From the human T2T-CHM13v2.0 reference genome, Homo sapiens, in assembly GCF_009914755.1 (NCBI RefSeq), contig NC_060929.1: a stretch of 64,000 bases of DNA; one strand, 5' to 3'. Under the pieces are notes generated by a model. That model ran no database searches and had not been told where the DNA came from. It saw only the letters and a program-made list of their open reading frames with translations. The first letter of the stretch is position 1. Each line of letters starts with the position of its first letter. The position numbers and the translations under genes were made by a program. Positions 13,801 through 31,279 of the stretch are shown piece after piece.

Positions 13801-14765
13801 AAAAATATAAATGTTTTGAAAGTCAAAATGGCGTGAAGAATTGTTTCGGATTAAGGAGACCAAAGAGACATGACAACTGAAAACAATGCATAATCCCGGG
13901 GTCAATTCTGCAAGGGACCTCAGGGGAGGCGCTGCAAACTGAAGGACATTATTGCGATGATGGGTGAAAGCTAAATAATTCTGTGAAGTAGATACTGCAG
14001 ATTAAATAATAATACTGTACCTGTGTTACATTGTTTGGTTTTGATCATTTTACTGTAGTTATGTAAGAAAATGTCTTGCCTTAGGAAATACACACTGAAA
14101 TATTTAGGGTTAAAAGGGCATTACATCTGCGGCTTATGCTCAAGTGGTTCAAAAATAATAGTGTGAGAGTGTGTGTGTGTATTGTGAAGAAATACAATCA
14201 AATACATCCTATTGTAATAGGATAATCAAATGTTGCAAAATGTTAACAACTGGTGAATCTGGGTGAAGGGTACATAAAAGTTCTAGCAACTTCTGTAAAT
14301 TTGAAATTAAATCAAAATAAAAGTTACAAAAAAAGGTAAAATAAGATTTTAAAGAATTTTAAATTGTCTTTTTTTTAAAAAAAAAAAAAAGAGCAAAATA
14401 AACAAGTAAACTTGCACCTAGAAGCTTGAGAATGTCAAAGTCCTGTTAAGTTTCTTTCCACTGCTGCATACAGTTTGAGATAAAGTGCCGCTCTTTTCAT
14501 TAGGGAATTACCTTGCTAGTCAAGGAAATCTATTATAAATTACTAGTTCAAATTCCCTAGATGCCTGAAAAATTCCTCAAAGGTACACACAATTTTATAA
14601 AAATTCACACATTTAATGTCATCACATACAGAAAACTGGCTATCCAGGTTGGGTCCTGGCATTGAACCCAACCAACCAACCATCTATGTTTGGACTAGAG
14701 GAAGCTGGCGATGAACAAATAAACAAAAGCTCCTCTGAAATATAATTATCCTCATCTTAAAAGGA

Positions 14766-14998
14766 AAAGAAACTGGAGTGCTGGCGAGGATGCAGTGGTG
14801 AGAGTGAGTCACTGGATCTGGAGTCGCTTCTTAAGGTGGTGCACCAGCCCTACCCACGACCTCATGGTTGTGAGTATGTGTCTAGCCTCCTCTCTCATGA
14901 TTCCCCCTCTCTGCCCTCTTTCCTTAGCCTCTTCCACCCGCTAAAGAAACTGGAGTGCTGGCCAGGATGCAGTTGAGAGAGTGAGTCACTGGATCTGG
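14766..14998 (+). repeat. 56-bp direct repeat flanking a ~120-bp copy of 16217-16341
   Basis: 14766-14821 vs 14943-14998 show 3 mismatches; 14827-14936 vs 16225-16333 show about 6 differences. Confidence 0.92.
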
Positions 14999-15422
14999 GG
15001 GGGGGGAATTTGATGCAAAAGGGAATGAATTGGTCACCAGCAAAACGTCAATTGACAGGTAATGTGTATTGCATATCCTTAGGTTGTTCTCCTTCATAAT
15101 AAGCCTGCTGTATGTATTAATAGGCACACTGCTACATACGCCTTGAAAATAAAGGAAATTGAACAGAACTTGGTACCAGGTGTGAACTGAGCGACACAGC
15201 ACCCTCCCAGACATGACATTTAGGGTGGTGTGGGGTTAGTTTTCCTTAGATCACATGATTGTGATGCAGAGACTCTTTCCTGCCCTCCGGGAGCTGCCCT
15301 GCCCAGTTCCACTTCACTCTGCCAGGCCTAGAGCTCCTGCTCCTCTGTCTCTGTGTTCCTTGCTGTCTCTTCTAGGAAGCAAACATTGTATAGAGAAGAA
15401 AAGCAACAATAAAAAATATCTG

Positions 15423-16062
<640 letters not shown>

Positions 16063-16345
16063 TCATGGAGGATGTCTGGTCCCTGAGCATCCTCCTCTCT
16101 TACCTTGACTGCCACAGTCTCTTGACTGATCTCTGGCATCCACTCGCGTCCTCCTTCCTGTCCATTGTCCACCCAATAGCAGTGTGAGTTTACTGAAAGG
16201 CAAATCTTCAGCACCAAGTCCAAACTTCTTAAGGTGGTGTACCAACCCACCCATGACCTCATGGTTGTGAGTATGTGTCTAGCCTCCTCTCTCATGATGC
16301 CCCCTCTCTGCCCTCTTTCCTTAGCCTCCTCCAGCCTCTAAGCTC

Positions 16346-16546
16346 TAGTGCTGTCCAATAGACTTTTCTGCAATAATGGACATATTCTGTATCTGTAAAG
16401 TCCAAAGTCATCACTGATCACATGTGCCCATTGGGCATGTGAAATGTGGCTAATGGGACTGAAGGACTGAATTTTTAATTTTTGAAACATTTTTAATTCA
16501 AATGTAAAAAGCCATATGAGGAGTGGCTGCCATAGCGGACAGAGCA
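16346..16546 (+). mobile_element. MER3 (hAT) nested in an L2 relic
   Basis: gtgctgtccaatagacttttctgcaataatgg...ggacag matches the MER3 pattern. Confidence 0.75.
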
Positions 16547-16934
16547 AACACGTAAAACTTCTTCAAGTCTCCAACCAGCTATGTTCTCTCTTGCCTCTGG
16601 GTCCTTGCGTCACTGTTCTCACTCATGTAAATACTTCTTCATCCTTTATGTCTCAGCCTACATGTCACATGCTATATGCGTTCATATGATAGGATGAGAT
16701 GTATATAAGCTCTGCCACTGACAAATTTTCAACCAGTAAACATTCATTGGTGCAAGTAAGGCTGTGCCTCAGGGAAATAACCCATTAATTGTACCTTTTG
16801 CTTTCTACCAACAGATGTGCAGGGTATTTTTCCCTCTGCCCTTGTTTGTTCATTAATCCATGGTAGGGGACACCAATGGATGGTCACAGTTATGATTCCT
16901 CCCATCAATGTGTTTTGCTTGGTTTTCATAGCAT

Positions 16935-17233
16935 TTTTAATTATTTATTTTTGGAGACAGAGTCTCATTCTGTCACCCAGGCTGGAGTACAGTGGCGTGA
17001 TCTCAGCTCACTGCCACCTCCACCTCCTGGGTTTAAGTGATTCTCCTGCCTTAGTCTCCTGAGTAGCAGGGATTACAGGTGCCCACCACCACACCCAGCC
17101 AATTTTTGTATTTTTAGTAGAGATGGGGTTTCACCATGTTGGCCAGGCTGGTCTCAAACTCCTGATCTCAAGTGATCCACCTGCCTCAGCCTCCCAAAGT
17201 GATGGGATTACAGGGGTGAGCCAACGTGCCTGG
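16935..17233 (-). mobile_element. AluSx-like
   Basis: Antisense Alu dimer. Confidence 0.9.
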
Positions 17234-17555
17234 CTGGCTTTCGTAACATTTTTTTAAATGGAGCCAACATTTTAAATGGAAAAGACTTCACTAAACATAT
17301 GGATTGGGTTCCTGGATGATCTGGAAAAAAAAAATCAGTACATCTAACCACACTGGACCCATATCCGTTTCTGTTCAGTGATAAGCAGCTGACTCATTCC
17401 AATATGGTAGCCACTAGGCACATATAGCTACTTAAATATAAGTTAATAAAAATGAACTAAAATGTAAAATTCTTCAGTCTCACTAGCCACACTCAACTGC
17501 TTGATAGTCACATGTGGCTAATGGCTAATGTATTGGACAGGATAGATGCAAAACA

Positions 17556-17560
<5 letters not shown>

Positions 17561-17587
<27 letters not shown>

Positions 17588-17876
17588 TGAGATGGAGTTT
17601 CACTCTGTTGCCCAGGCTGGAGTACAGTGGCATGATCCATGATCTCGGCTCACTACAACCTCTGCCTCCTGGGTTCAAGTGATTCTCCTGCCTCAGCCTC
17701 CCGAGTAGCTGGGATTACAGGCATCCGCCACCACACCCGGCTAATTTCGTATTTTTAGTAGAGATGTGCTTTTACCATGTTGGCCAGGTTGGTCTTGAAC
17801 CCCTGGCCTCAGGCAATCAACCCGCCTTGGTCTCCCAAAGTGCTGGGATTACAGGCATGAGCCACCGCACCCAGCT
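17561..17876 (-). mobile_element. AluS inserted in a MER3/MER33-like element
   Basis: TSD gcaaaacattttc on both sides. Confidence 0.9.
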
Positions 17877-18450
17877 GCAAAACATTTTCATCACAGCAGA
17901 ATTTCTGTTGATCCGTACCCCTGGAGGGTAGTTGGGGAGGGCTGCTTCCTGCAAGTGGAGCAAGTGCTCTTCAAGTCTCTGTGGTCCTCAGCTGGCCTCC
18001 TTTACCCCCTTATGTCATCTACCTGATCCCTGTAGGCATTTGAATTCTAGAACTTGGTCTGCTACATGCTTTTGGGTTTCTGCTTAGTTTTGTGATGTTT
18101 GAAAAACACCACTAACCCTATGCCATCTGGAAGCTACGAAAAAAGCACTGGAAGTTATCTGAAAAAATGAATATGAAAGTAAGGATACCAAACCTGGAAA
18201 GTAGTGTGTGTGTGCATGTGTGTGCGCGTGCACATAAATGAGATTGGTGGTTCTATAGTAGAAATTGTTTTGAAGCAAATCATGGTAGGAAAGCACTGTG
18301 CATATACAGTCAATATTCAGCAAAAGATAAACAAAAGCAACTACCAGTCCATTCCAAGATGGACGAATAAGAACAGTTCCGGTCTGCAGCTCCCAGCACG
18401 ATCGATGCAGAAGACGGGTGATTTCTGCATTTCCAACTGAGGTACCTGGT

Positions 18451-18783
18451 TTATCTCACTGGGACCGGTTGGACAGTGGATATAGCCCACAGAGGGTAAG
18501 CCAAAGCAGGGCGGGGCATCACCTCACCCGGGAAGCGCAAGGGGTTCGGGGATTTCCCTTTCCTAGCCAAGGGAAGCCATGACACACTGTACCTGGAAAA
18601 ACGGGGTACTTCCACCCAAATATTGCACTTTTCCCATGGTCTTAGCAACTGGCAGACCAGGAGATTCTCTCCCGTGCCTGGCCCGGCAGGTCCCATGCCC
18701 ACAGAGTCTTGCTCACTGCTAGTGTAGCAGTCTGAGATCGACCTCTGAGGCTGCAGCCTGGCATGGGGAGAGGCGTTGGACAT
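18451..18783 (-). CDS. L1 antisense ORF0 homolog, open, 110 aa
   Basis: True ATG with G at -3; MSNASPHARL...ISDCYTSSEQDSVGMGPAGPGTG...EKCNIWVEVPRFSR aligns by eye with L1HS ORF0p. Expression is unknown. Confidence 0.6.
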   Translation of the reverse strand: MSNASPHARLQPQRSISDCYTSSEQDSVGMGPAGPGTGENLLVCQLLRPWEKCNIWVEVPRFSRYSVSWLPLARKGKSPNPLRFPGEVMPRPALAYPLWAISTVQPVPVR

Positions 18784-19378
18784 TGCTGAGGTTTGAGTAC
18801 GTAAACAAAGTGGCTGGGAAGCTCAAACTGGGTGGAGCCCACTGCAGCTCGGCAAGGCCTACAGCCTCTATAGACTCCACCTCTCTAGGCAGGGCATAGC
18901 TGAACAAAAGGCAGCAGAAACTTCTGCAGACTTAAACATCCTTGTCTGACACCTCTGAAGAGAGCAGTGGTTCTTCCAGCATCATCTTTGAGCTCTGAGA
19001 ATGGACGGACTGCCTCCTCAAGTGGGTCCCTGGCCCCCATGTAGCCTAACTGGGAGACATCTCCCAGTAGGGGTTGACAGACACCTCATATAGCCGAGTT
19101 CCCCTCTGGGATGATGCTTCCAAAGGAAGGGTCAGGCAGCAATAGTTGCTGTTCTGCAATATTTGCTGTTCTGCAGCCTCTGCTGGTGATACCCAGGCAA
19201 ACAGGGTCTGGAGTGGAACTCCAGCAAACTCCAACAGACCTGCAGCTGAAGGACCTGACTGTTAGAAGGAAAACTAACGAATAGGAATAGCATCAACATC
19301 AACAAAAAGGGCATCTACACCAAAACCCCATCTGTAGGTCACCAACTTCAAAGACCAAAGGTAGATAAAACCACAATG

Positions 19379-20400
19379 ATGGGGAGAAACCAGAGCAGAA
19401 AAGCTGAAAATTCTAAAAACCAGAGTGCCACTTCTCCTCTAAAGGATCACAGCTCCTCACCAGCAATGGAACAAAGCTGGACAGAGAATGACTTTGACGA
19501 GTTGACAGAAGTAGGCTTCAGAAGGTCGGTAATAACAAACTTCTCTGAGCTAAAGGAGCATGTTCTAACCCATCGCAAGGAAGCTAAAAACCTTGAGAAA
19601 AGGTTAGACGAATGGCTAACTAGAATAAACAGTGTAGAGAAGAACTTAAATGACCTGATGGAGCTGAAAACCATGGCACGAGAACTTTGTGACACATGCA
19701 CAAGCTTCAATAGCTGATTCGACCAAGTGGAAGAAAGAATATCAGTGATTGAAGATCAAATTAATGAAATAAAGTGAGAAGACAAGATTAGAGAAAAAAG
19801 AGTAAAAAGAAATGAACAAAGCCTCCAAGAAACATGGGACTATGTGAAAAGGCCAAGTATATGCTTCATTGGTGTACCTGAAAGTGACGAAGAGAATGGA
19901 AATAAATTGGAAAACACTCTTCAGGATATTATCCAGGAGAACTTCCCCAGCCTAGCAAGCAGGCCAACATTCAAATTCAGGAAATACAGAGAACACCACA
20001 AAGATGCTCCCCCAGAAGAGCAACCCCAAGACACATAATTGTCAGATTCACCAAGGTTGAAATGAAGGAAAACACGTTAAGGGCAGCCAGAGAGAAAGGT
20101 CGGGTTACCCACAAAGGGAAGCCCATCAGACTAACAGCACATGTCTCTGCAGAAACCCTACAAGCCAGAAGAGAGTGGGGGCCAATATTCAACATTCTTA
20201 AAGAAAAGAATTTTCAACCCAGAATTTCATATCCAGCCAAACTAAGCTTCATAAGTGAAGGAGAAATAAAATCCTTTACAGACAAGAAAATGCTGAGAGA
20301 TTTTGTCACCACCAGACCTGCCTTACAAGAGCTCCTGAAGGAAGCACTAAAGGAACAAACAACCAGTACCAGCCACTTCAAAAACATGCCCAATTGTAAA
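19379..20400 (+). pseudogene. L1 ORF1 remnant
   Basis: MGRNQSRKAENSK... is interrupted by TGA at 19715-19717, with further stops and frameshifts; the C-terminal RISYPAKLSF motif is in a separate ORF fragment. Confidence 0.9.
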
Positions 20401-20462
20401 GAACATTGAAGGTAGGAAGAAACTGCATCAACTAATGGGTAAAATAACCAACTAACATCATA

Positions 20463-24283
<3,821 letters not shown>

Positions 24284-24721
24284 ACAATGAGAACACTTGG
24301 ACACAGGGTGGGGGACATCAAATGCCAGGGCCTGTCAGGGGGTGGGTGGCTGGGGGAGGGATAGCATTAGGAGAAATACCTAATGTAAATGACAAGTTGA
24401 TGTGTGCAGCAAACCAACGTGGCACATGTATACCTATGTATCAAACCTGCACATTGTGCACATATACCCTAAAACTTAAAGTATAATAATAATAAAAAAA
24501 AGCAACTACCAAAAAGGAATAATGATCTTCAGGGGTCACGGATAACATAAATGTTGGGATCTGGGTAGGACCTAGTGAACTGGGTGGGTGGGAGGGAGTA
24601 AGTGCCTGTTAAAGGGCAGAAGCCCCTGGGCTCCTGATGAATATTATGGTGGAAATGGGCTGAGACCTTCTAATTTTTCCAAAGAATCCAGGAATCCATA
24701 CTTTTTGTGTGAAATCTCACC

Positions 24722-25035
24722 TTTTTTATTTTTTCGAGACAGTGTCTCACTGTGTCACCCAGGCTGGAGTGCAGTGGTGTGATCACAGCTCATTGCGGCC
24801 TCCCTCAACGTCATGGGCTCAAGCAATTCCCTCAGCCTCCCAAGTAGATGGAACCACAGGTGTGCACCACCACACCAGCTAATTTTTGCATTTTTTACAG
24901 AGACCAGGTCTCCCTGTGTGGCCCAGCCTGGTCTTGAACTTCTGGCCTCAAGTGATACTTCCACCTCAGCCTCCCAAAGTGGGAGTTCATACTTAGCATA
25001 GTGGTTCATAGAAGTATGAACTACCATACCCAGCC
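24722..25035 (-). mobile_element. AluJ with a rearranged 5' end
   Basis: Antisense AluJ motifs; non-Alu insert at about 24981-25012. Confidence 0.85.
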
Positions 25036-25324
25036 TGATTTTTAAATGTTCAATTTTTTTAGAATCACCATCCAAGCAAAACAAAAGAAGTTTGCCAGTC
25101 AGATTCAGCTCACAGATGCCAGTTCGCCAGGTCTGAGCCCCAAAATTAGCAGCAGCATGAAAGTCATTGAACTTGCCTGATGCTGATTTAAGAGAAGATT
25201 GGTTGTTGAGAATACCAAGGTTCAGAGTGGAGGAAATCATGCTACAAACCAGGCACACTGTCGCGAGAAGATCTATCTCAGGTGTCAATGGCAACAGAAC
25301 AGCAAAGTGCTGATCTCTTGGGAC

Positions 25325-25463
25325 ACTGTGATTCCCAAGCTTTGGTGCACGCTGGAATCACTAAGGGAGCTTCTAAGAATTCCCGTCCCTAGCCCAACAA
25401 AATTAGAATGTCTGGGTGTAGGACCCCAGGTGATCTCAATGTGCAGCAAAGTTTGAGAACCAC
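25325..25463. mobile_element. MER5A-like element
   Basis: ctggaatcac...gcagcaaagtttgagaaccact terminus. Confidence 0.65.
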
Positions 25464-26374
25464 TATGCTAAGGGACTCTCTCTTGAGTCTGAGAACCTGT
25501 CTCCACAGTGTTGATAAAGCTGGTTTTGGGGGAGCGGGGGGTATGCCTCACAGAAGGCAAGGCAGTATACTCAGTTGTAAAGATTTGAAGGTTTTCCCAC
25601 ATCTGGTGAAAAGGAATCTGGGAGCGACAAGCTTAAATCCATCCTTAGTGACTGAATTTACGAGCAGTGGACTTTGCCAACAGCCATGGTTAGGTAGAAA
25701 AGTTTGGTGCTCCTTTAAAAAAATAATCACACTTTATTGTTATCATTTAACTGTGAGTCTTCCAAGTGCCCCATGAGAGTTCTGTGAGGGCAGGGGTGAT
25801 GTCTGGTGTTAGTCTGCATCTGGTTCCTAAGGGCTACTTACAAATGTGTATTGGTGAGATGCCATGGAGACGTAGGGAAAGCAAGCTACTAGCTGGGAAC
25901 AGGGAGGGCTTGGGGGTGGGACTCTGGAGAAAATGCCAGGTGTCTATATCAAAGAACAGGGGTGGGAGGTCTTCGGGGTGGGGGTCATCTTGTGGCAGCT
26001 ACTGAATGAATGAAACTGGTGAAGTCCCCAGCACATAAAAGCATCCAGGAGTTACTTCCTAAGATGCTTTCCCTACTACCGCCTCCAATTTTAACTGCAA
26101 GAATGAAAAATCCAAAAAATACGTGTCTGTGAATAAACACTGTAATGTATTGCTTAAGTGGATTCTGAAGCCAGACTGCGTAGGTGCAAGAACTTACTGC
26201 TGTGGACTTTGAGCAAGACATCAAACTCTGCCTCAGCTTCCTCATCTGGATATGTAGATGATAATGCCTACAGGGGGTTCTAAGGAGTTCATGAGTTATT
26301 CATAAAGGGATTAGAAGGCCACAGAGTGTGAGCTATTCTTTTCTTGGAGACTATCAGTAAAAAGGATATAGTTT

Positions 26375-27600
<1,226 letters not shown>

Positions 27601-27796
27601 TTAAAAAAGAAAGTAAAAAGGACATAGTGTTTCTTTTGATGTATGTGTCAGATGTTTGGATAACATGGACCATTAGCTCAGTTGACCAGAACAGAGGGTA
27701 AATAAGGCCTGGGGGGGTCAAAGCCCAAGGAGGAGAGGAAAGGCAAATAGTTCTCTAGTTTTCAGACTATTTCTCTCTTTAAGTACATGGTAGTAG

Positions 27797-28226
<430 letters not shown>

Positions 28227-28299
28227 CAAATGGTACTTTCCTACTAGATTCTGAATGTATCACATTGCATCTGAGTTTATTGAATTCCATCCAACCATC

Positions 28300-30460
28300 T
28301 TTTTATAATTTTTATTTTATTTCAATGGTTTTTGGGATACAGGTGGTTTTTAGTTACATGGATAAGTTCTTTAGTGGTGAGTTCTGATATTTCAGTGCAC
28401 CCATCACCTGAGCACCGTACACTGTACTCAATATGTAGTCTTTTATTTCTCACCCCCTTCCACCCTTTCCCCCAAGTCCCCAACATGCATCGTATTGTTC
28501 TTATGCCTTTGCATGCTCATAGATTAGCCCTCACTTATAAGGGAGAACAAACGATATTTGGTTTTCCATTCCTGAGTTACTTTACTTAGAATAATGGCCT
28601 CCAGCTCCATCCAAGTTGCTGCAAAGGCCATTATTTTGTTCCGTTTTATGGCTGAGTAGTATTCCTTGATATATGCCACACTTTCTTTGTCCATTCGTTG
28701 GCTAATAGGCTTTTGGTTTGGTTCCATATTTTTGCAATTGTGAATTGTGCTGCTATAAACATGAGTTTACATGTGTCATTTTCATATAATGACTTCTTTT
28801 CCTTTGGGTAGATACCCAGTAGTGGGATTGCTGGATCTAATGATAGTTCTACCTTTAGTTATTTAAGGAGTCTCCATACTGTTTTCCATAGTGATTGTAT
28901 TAGTTTACATTCCCTAATATTTTCTCCCATTCTATGGGTTGTCTGTTTACTCTGCTAATTATTTCTTTTGCTGTGCAGAAGCTTTTTAGCTTAATTAGGT
29001 CTCATTTATTTATCTTTGTTTTTGTTGCATTTGCTTTTGGGTTCTTGGTCATGAACTCTTTGTCTAGGCCAGTGTCTAGAAGAGTTCTTCCAATATTATC
29101 TTCTAGAATTTTCATGGTTTCAGGTCTTAGATTTAAGTCTTTAATCCATCTTGAGTTGATTTTTGTATGAAGTGAGAGATAAGAATCCAGTTTCACTCTT
29201 CTACATGTGGTTTGCCAGTTTTCCCAGCATCATTTATTGAATAGGGTGTCCTTTCCCCAGTTGATATTTTTGTACGTTTTGTTGAAGATCAGTTGGCTGT
29301 ATTCGGCTTTATTTCTGGATTTTCTATTCTGTTCCATTGGTCTACATGCCTATTTTTATACCAGTACCATGCTGTTTGGGTAACTATAGCAGTGTAGTAT
29401 AATTTGAAGTTAGGTAATGTGATGCCTCCAGATTTGTTCTTTTTGCTTAGTACTGCTTTGACTATGTGGGCTCTTTTTTGGTTCCACATGAATTTTAGGA
29501 TTGTTTTTTCTAGTTCTGTGAAGAATGATGATGGCATTTAGATGGGAATTGCATTGAATCTGTAGATTTCTTTGGATAGTATGGTCATTTTCACATTGAT
29601 TCTACCCATCCATGAGCATGGGATGTGTTTCCATTTGTTTGTGTTCTCTCTGATTTCTCTCAGTAGTGTTTTGTAGTTTTCTTTGTAGAGATCTTTCACC
29701 TCCTTGGTTATGTATATTCCTAAGTATTTTTTTTTGTAGCTGTTGTAAAAGGGATTGAATTCTTGATTTGATTCTCAGCTTGGTTGTTGTTGATGTATAG
29801 TGATGCCCCTGATTTTTGTACATTGATTTTGTATCCTGAGACCTTTACTGCATTCATTTATCATATCTAGGAGCTTTTCAGATGAGTCTTTAGGGTTTTC
29901 TAGGTATATGATCATATCATTGTTGAACAGTGACAGTTTGAATTCCTCTTTTCCAATTTCGATGCCCTTTATTTCTTTCTCTTGCCTGATTGCCTTGGCT
30001 GGAACTACCAGTACTACATTGAATAGAAATGGTAAAAATGGGCAGCCTTGTCTTGTTCCAGTTCTCAGGGAAAATGCTTTCAACTTTTCCCAATTCAGTA
30101 TGATGTTGGCTTTGGGTTTGACGTAGATGGCTTTTATTACTTTGAGGTATGTCCTTTCTGTGCCAACTTTGTTGAGGGCTTTTATCATAAAGGGATGCTG
30201 GATTTTATAAAATGTTCTTTCTGCATCTATTGAGATGATCATATGATTTTTTGTTTTTAATTCTGCTTATGTGATATATCACATTTATTGACCTGTATAT
30301 GTTAAACCATCCCTGCATCCCTGGTGTGAAACCTACTTGATCATAATGTATTATCTTTTTGATAGGCTGTTGGATTGGGTTAGCTAGTATTTTGTTGAGG
30401 ATTTTTGCATCTATGTTTATCAGTGATATTGGGCTGCAGTTTTCTTTTTTTGTTGCATCC
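28300..30460 (-). mobile_element. 5'-truncated L1PB-like (L1PB1/2) element with an internal deletion near 28913
   Basis: Minus-strand ORF2 RT fragments (29775..30242, 30205..30462, 29289..29537) and an L1PB-type 3'UTR. Confidence 0.88.
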
Positions 30461-30592
30461 ACACATCTCCTAAGTGGAATGTAATCTATATATACACATA
30501 CATTTGACTAAGCAAAATGTTTGTTTTTATTTGCATGTGTGATTTAAGAAGTATATTTCGGCCCCATATTACATTAAAAATATTCAAGTTCT

Positions 30593-30820
30593 GGCTGGGC
30601 ACGGTGGCTCGCCTGTAAGTGAGGTGGGATTACGCCTGTAATCCCAACACTTTGGGAGGCTGAGGTGGGCAGATCAGTCCCAGCTACTAGGGAGGCTGAG
30701 GCAGGAGACTCGCTTAAACCCACGAGGCGGAGGTTACAGTGAGCCAAGATCATACCAATGCACTACAGCATGGGCAACAGAGCAAGACTCGGTCTTAAAA
30801 ATAAATTAATTAATTAAATT
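30593..30820 (+). mobile_element. Alu with an internal deletion and a small insertion
   Basis: TSD aaatattcaagttct at 30578-30592 and 30821-30835; the left arm jumps to the right arm near 30676. Confidence 0.88.
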
Positions 30821-30947
30821 AAATATTCAAGTTCTTTTTCTAAGTAGTTAATATTGCGTCTCATCTTTTTAAAAAGAAAGTTGTTTTTTCCTTTCCCTTG
30901 AAATAACAAGTACACTTTGGTGGCAAGCATTTCTTTTCCTTTTTTTC

Positions 30948-30948
<1 letters not shown>

Positions 30949-30994
<46 letters not shown>

Positions 30995-31279
30995 TATTTT
31001 GAGACAGGGTCTCGCTCTGTCACCCTGGCTGGAGTGCAGTGGCATGATCACAGCCACTGCAGCCTTGACCTCCCCAGTTTGGCAATCCTCCCACCTCAGC
31101 CTCCCGAGCAGCTAGGATTACAGGCACATGCCACCATGCCTGGCTAATTTTTAATTTTTTGTAGAGACAGGTTCTCCCTATGTTGCCCAGGCTGATCTCA
31201 ATCTCCCGGGCTCAAAACATCTTCCCTCCTCAGCCTCCCAAAGTGCTGGGATTACAGGTGTGAACCACCTCACCCAGCT
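30949..31279 (-). mobile_element. AluJ with a (TAA)n microsatellite tail
   Basis: (TTA)n at 30949-30996 followed by an antisense AluJ. Confidence 0.88.

Noticed and set aside
13915-13935. CTCF-like cctcaggggaggcgctg
   Set aside because: Spacing does not fit the core consensus, and it lies in an L1M 3' fragment.
24755-25294. 179-aa minus-strand ORF
   Set aside because: TTG start; about half AluJ-derived, with part of the rest resembling a MER relic; no recognisable domain.
28288-30468. Possible TSD catccaaccatct / catccacacatct for the L1PB element
   Set aside because: Two mismatches and partial overlap with L1-like sequence; too weak to assert.
30917-31147. Poly-Tyr / poly-Ile ORFs
   Set aside because: Produced by the (TTA)n Alu tail.
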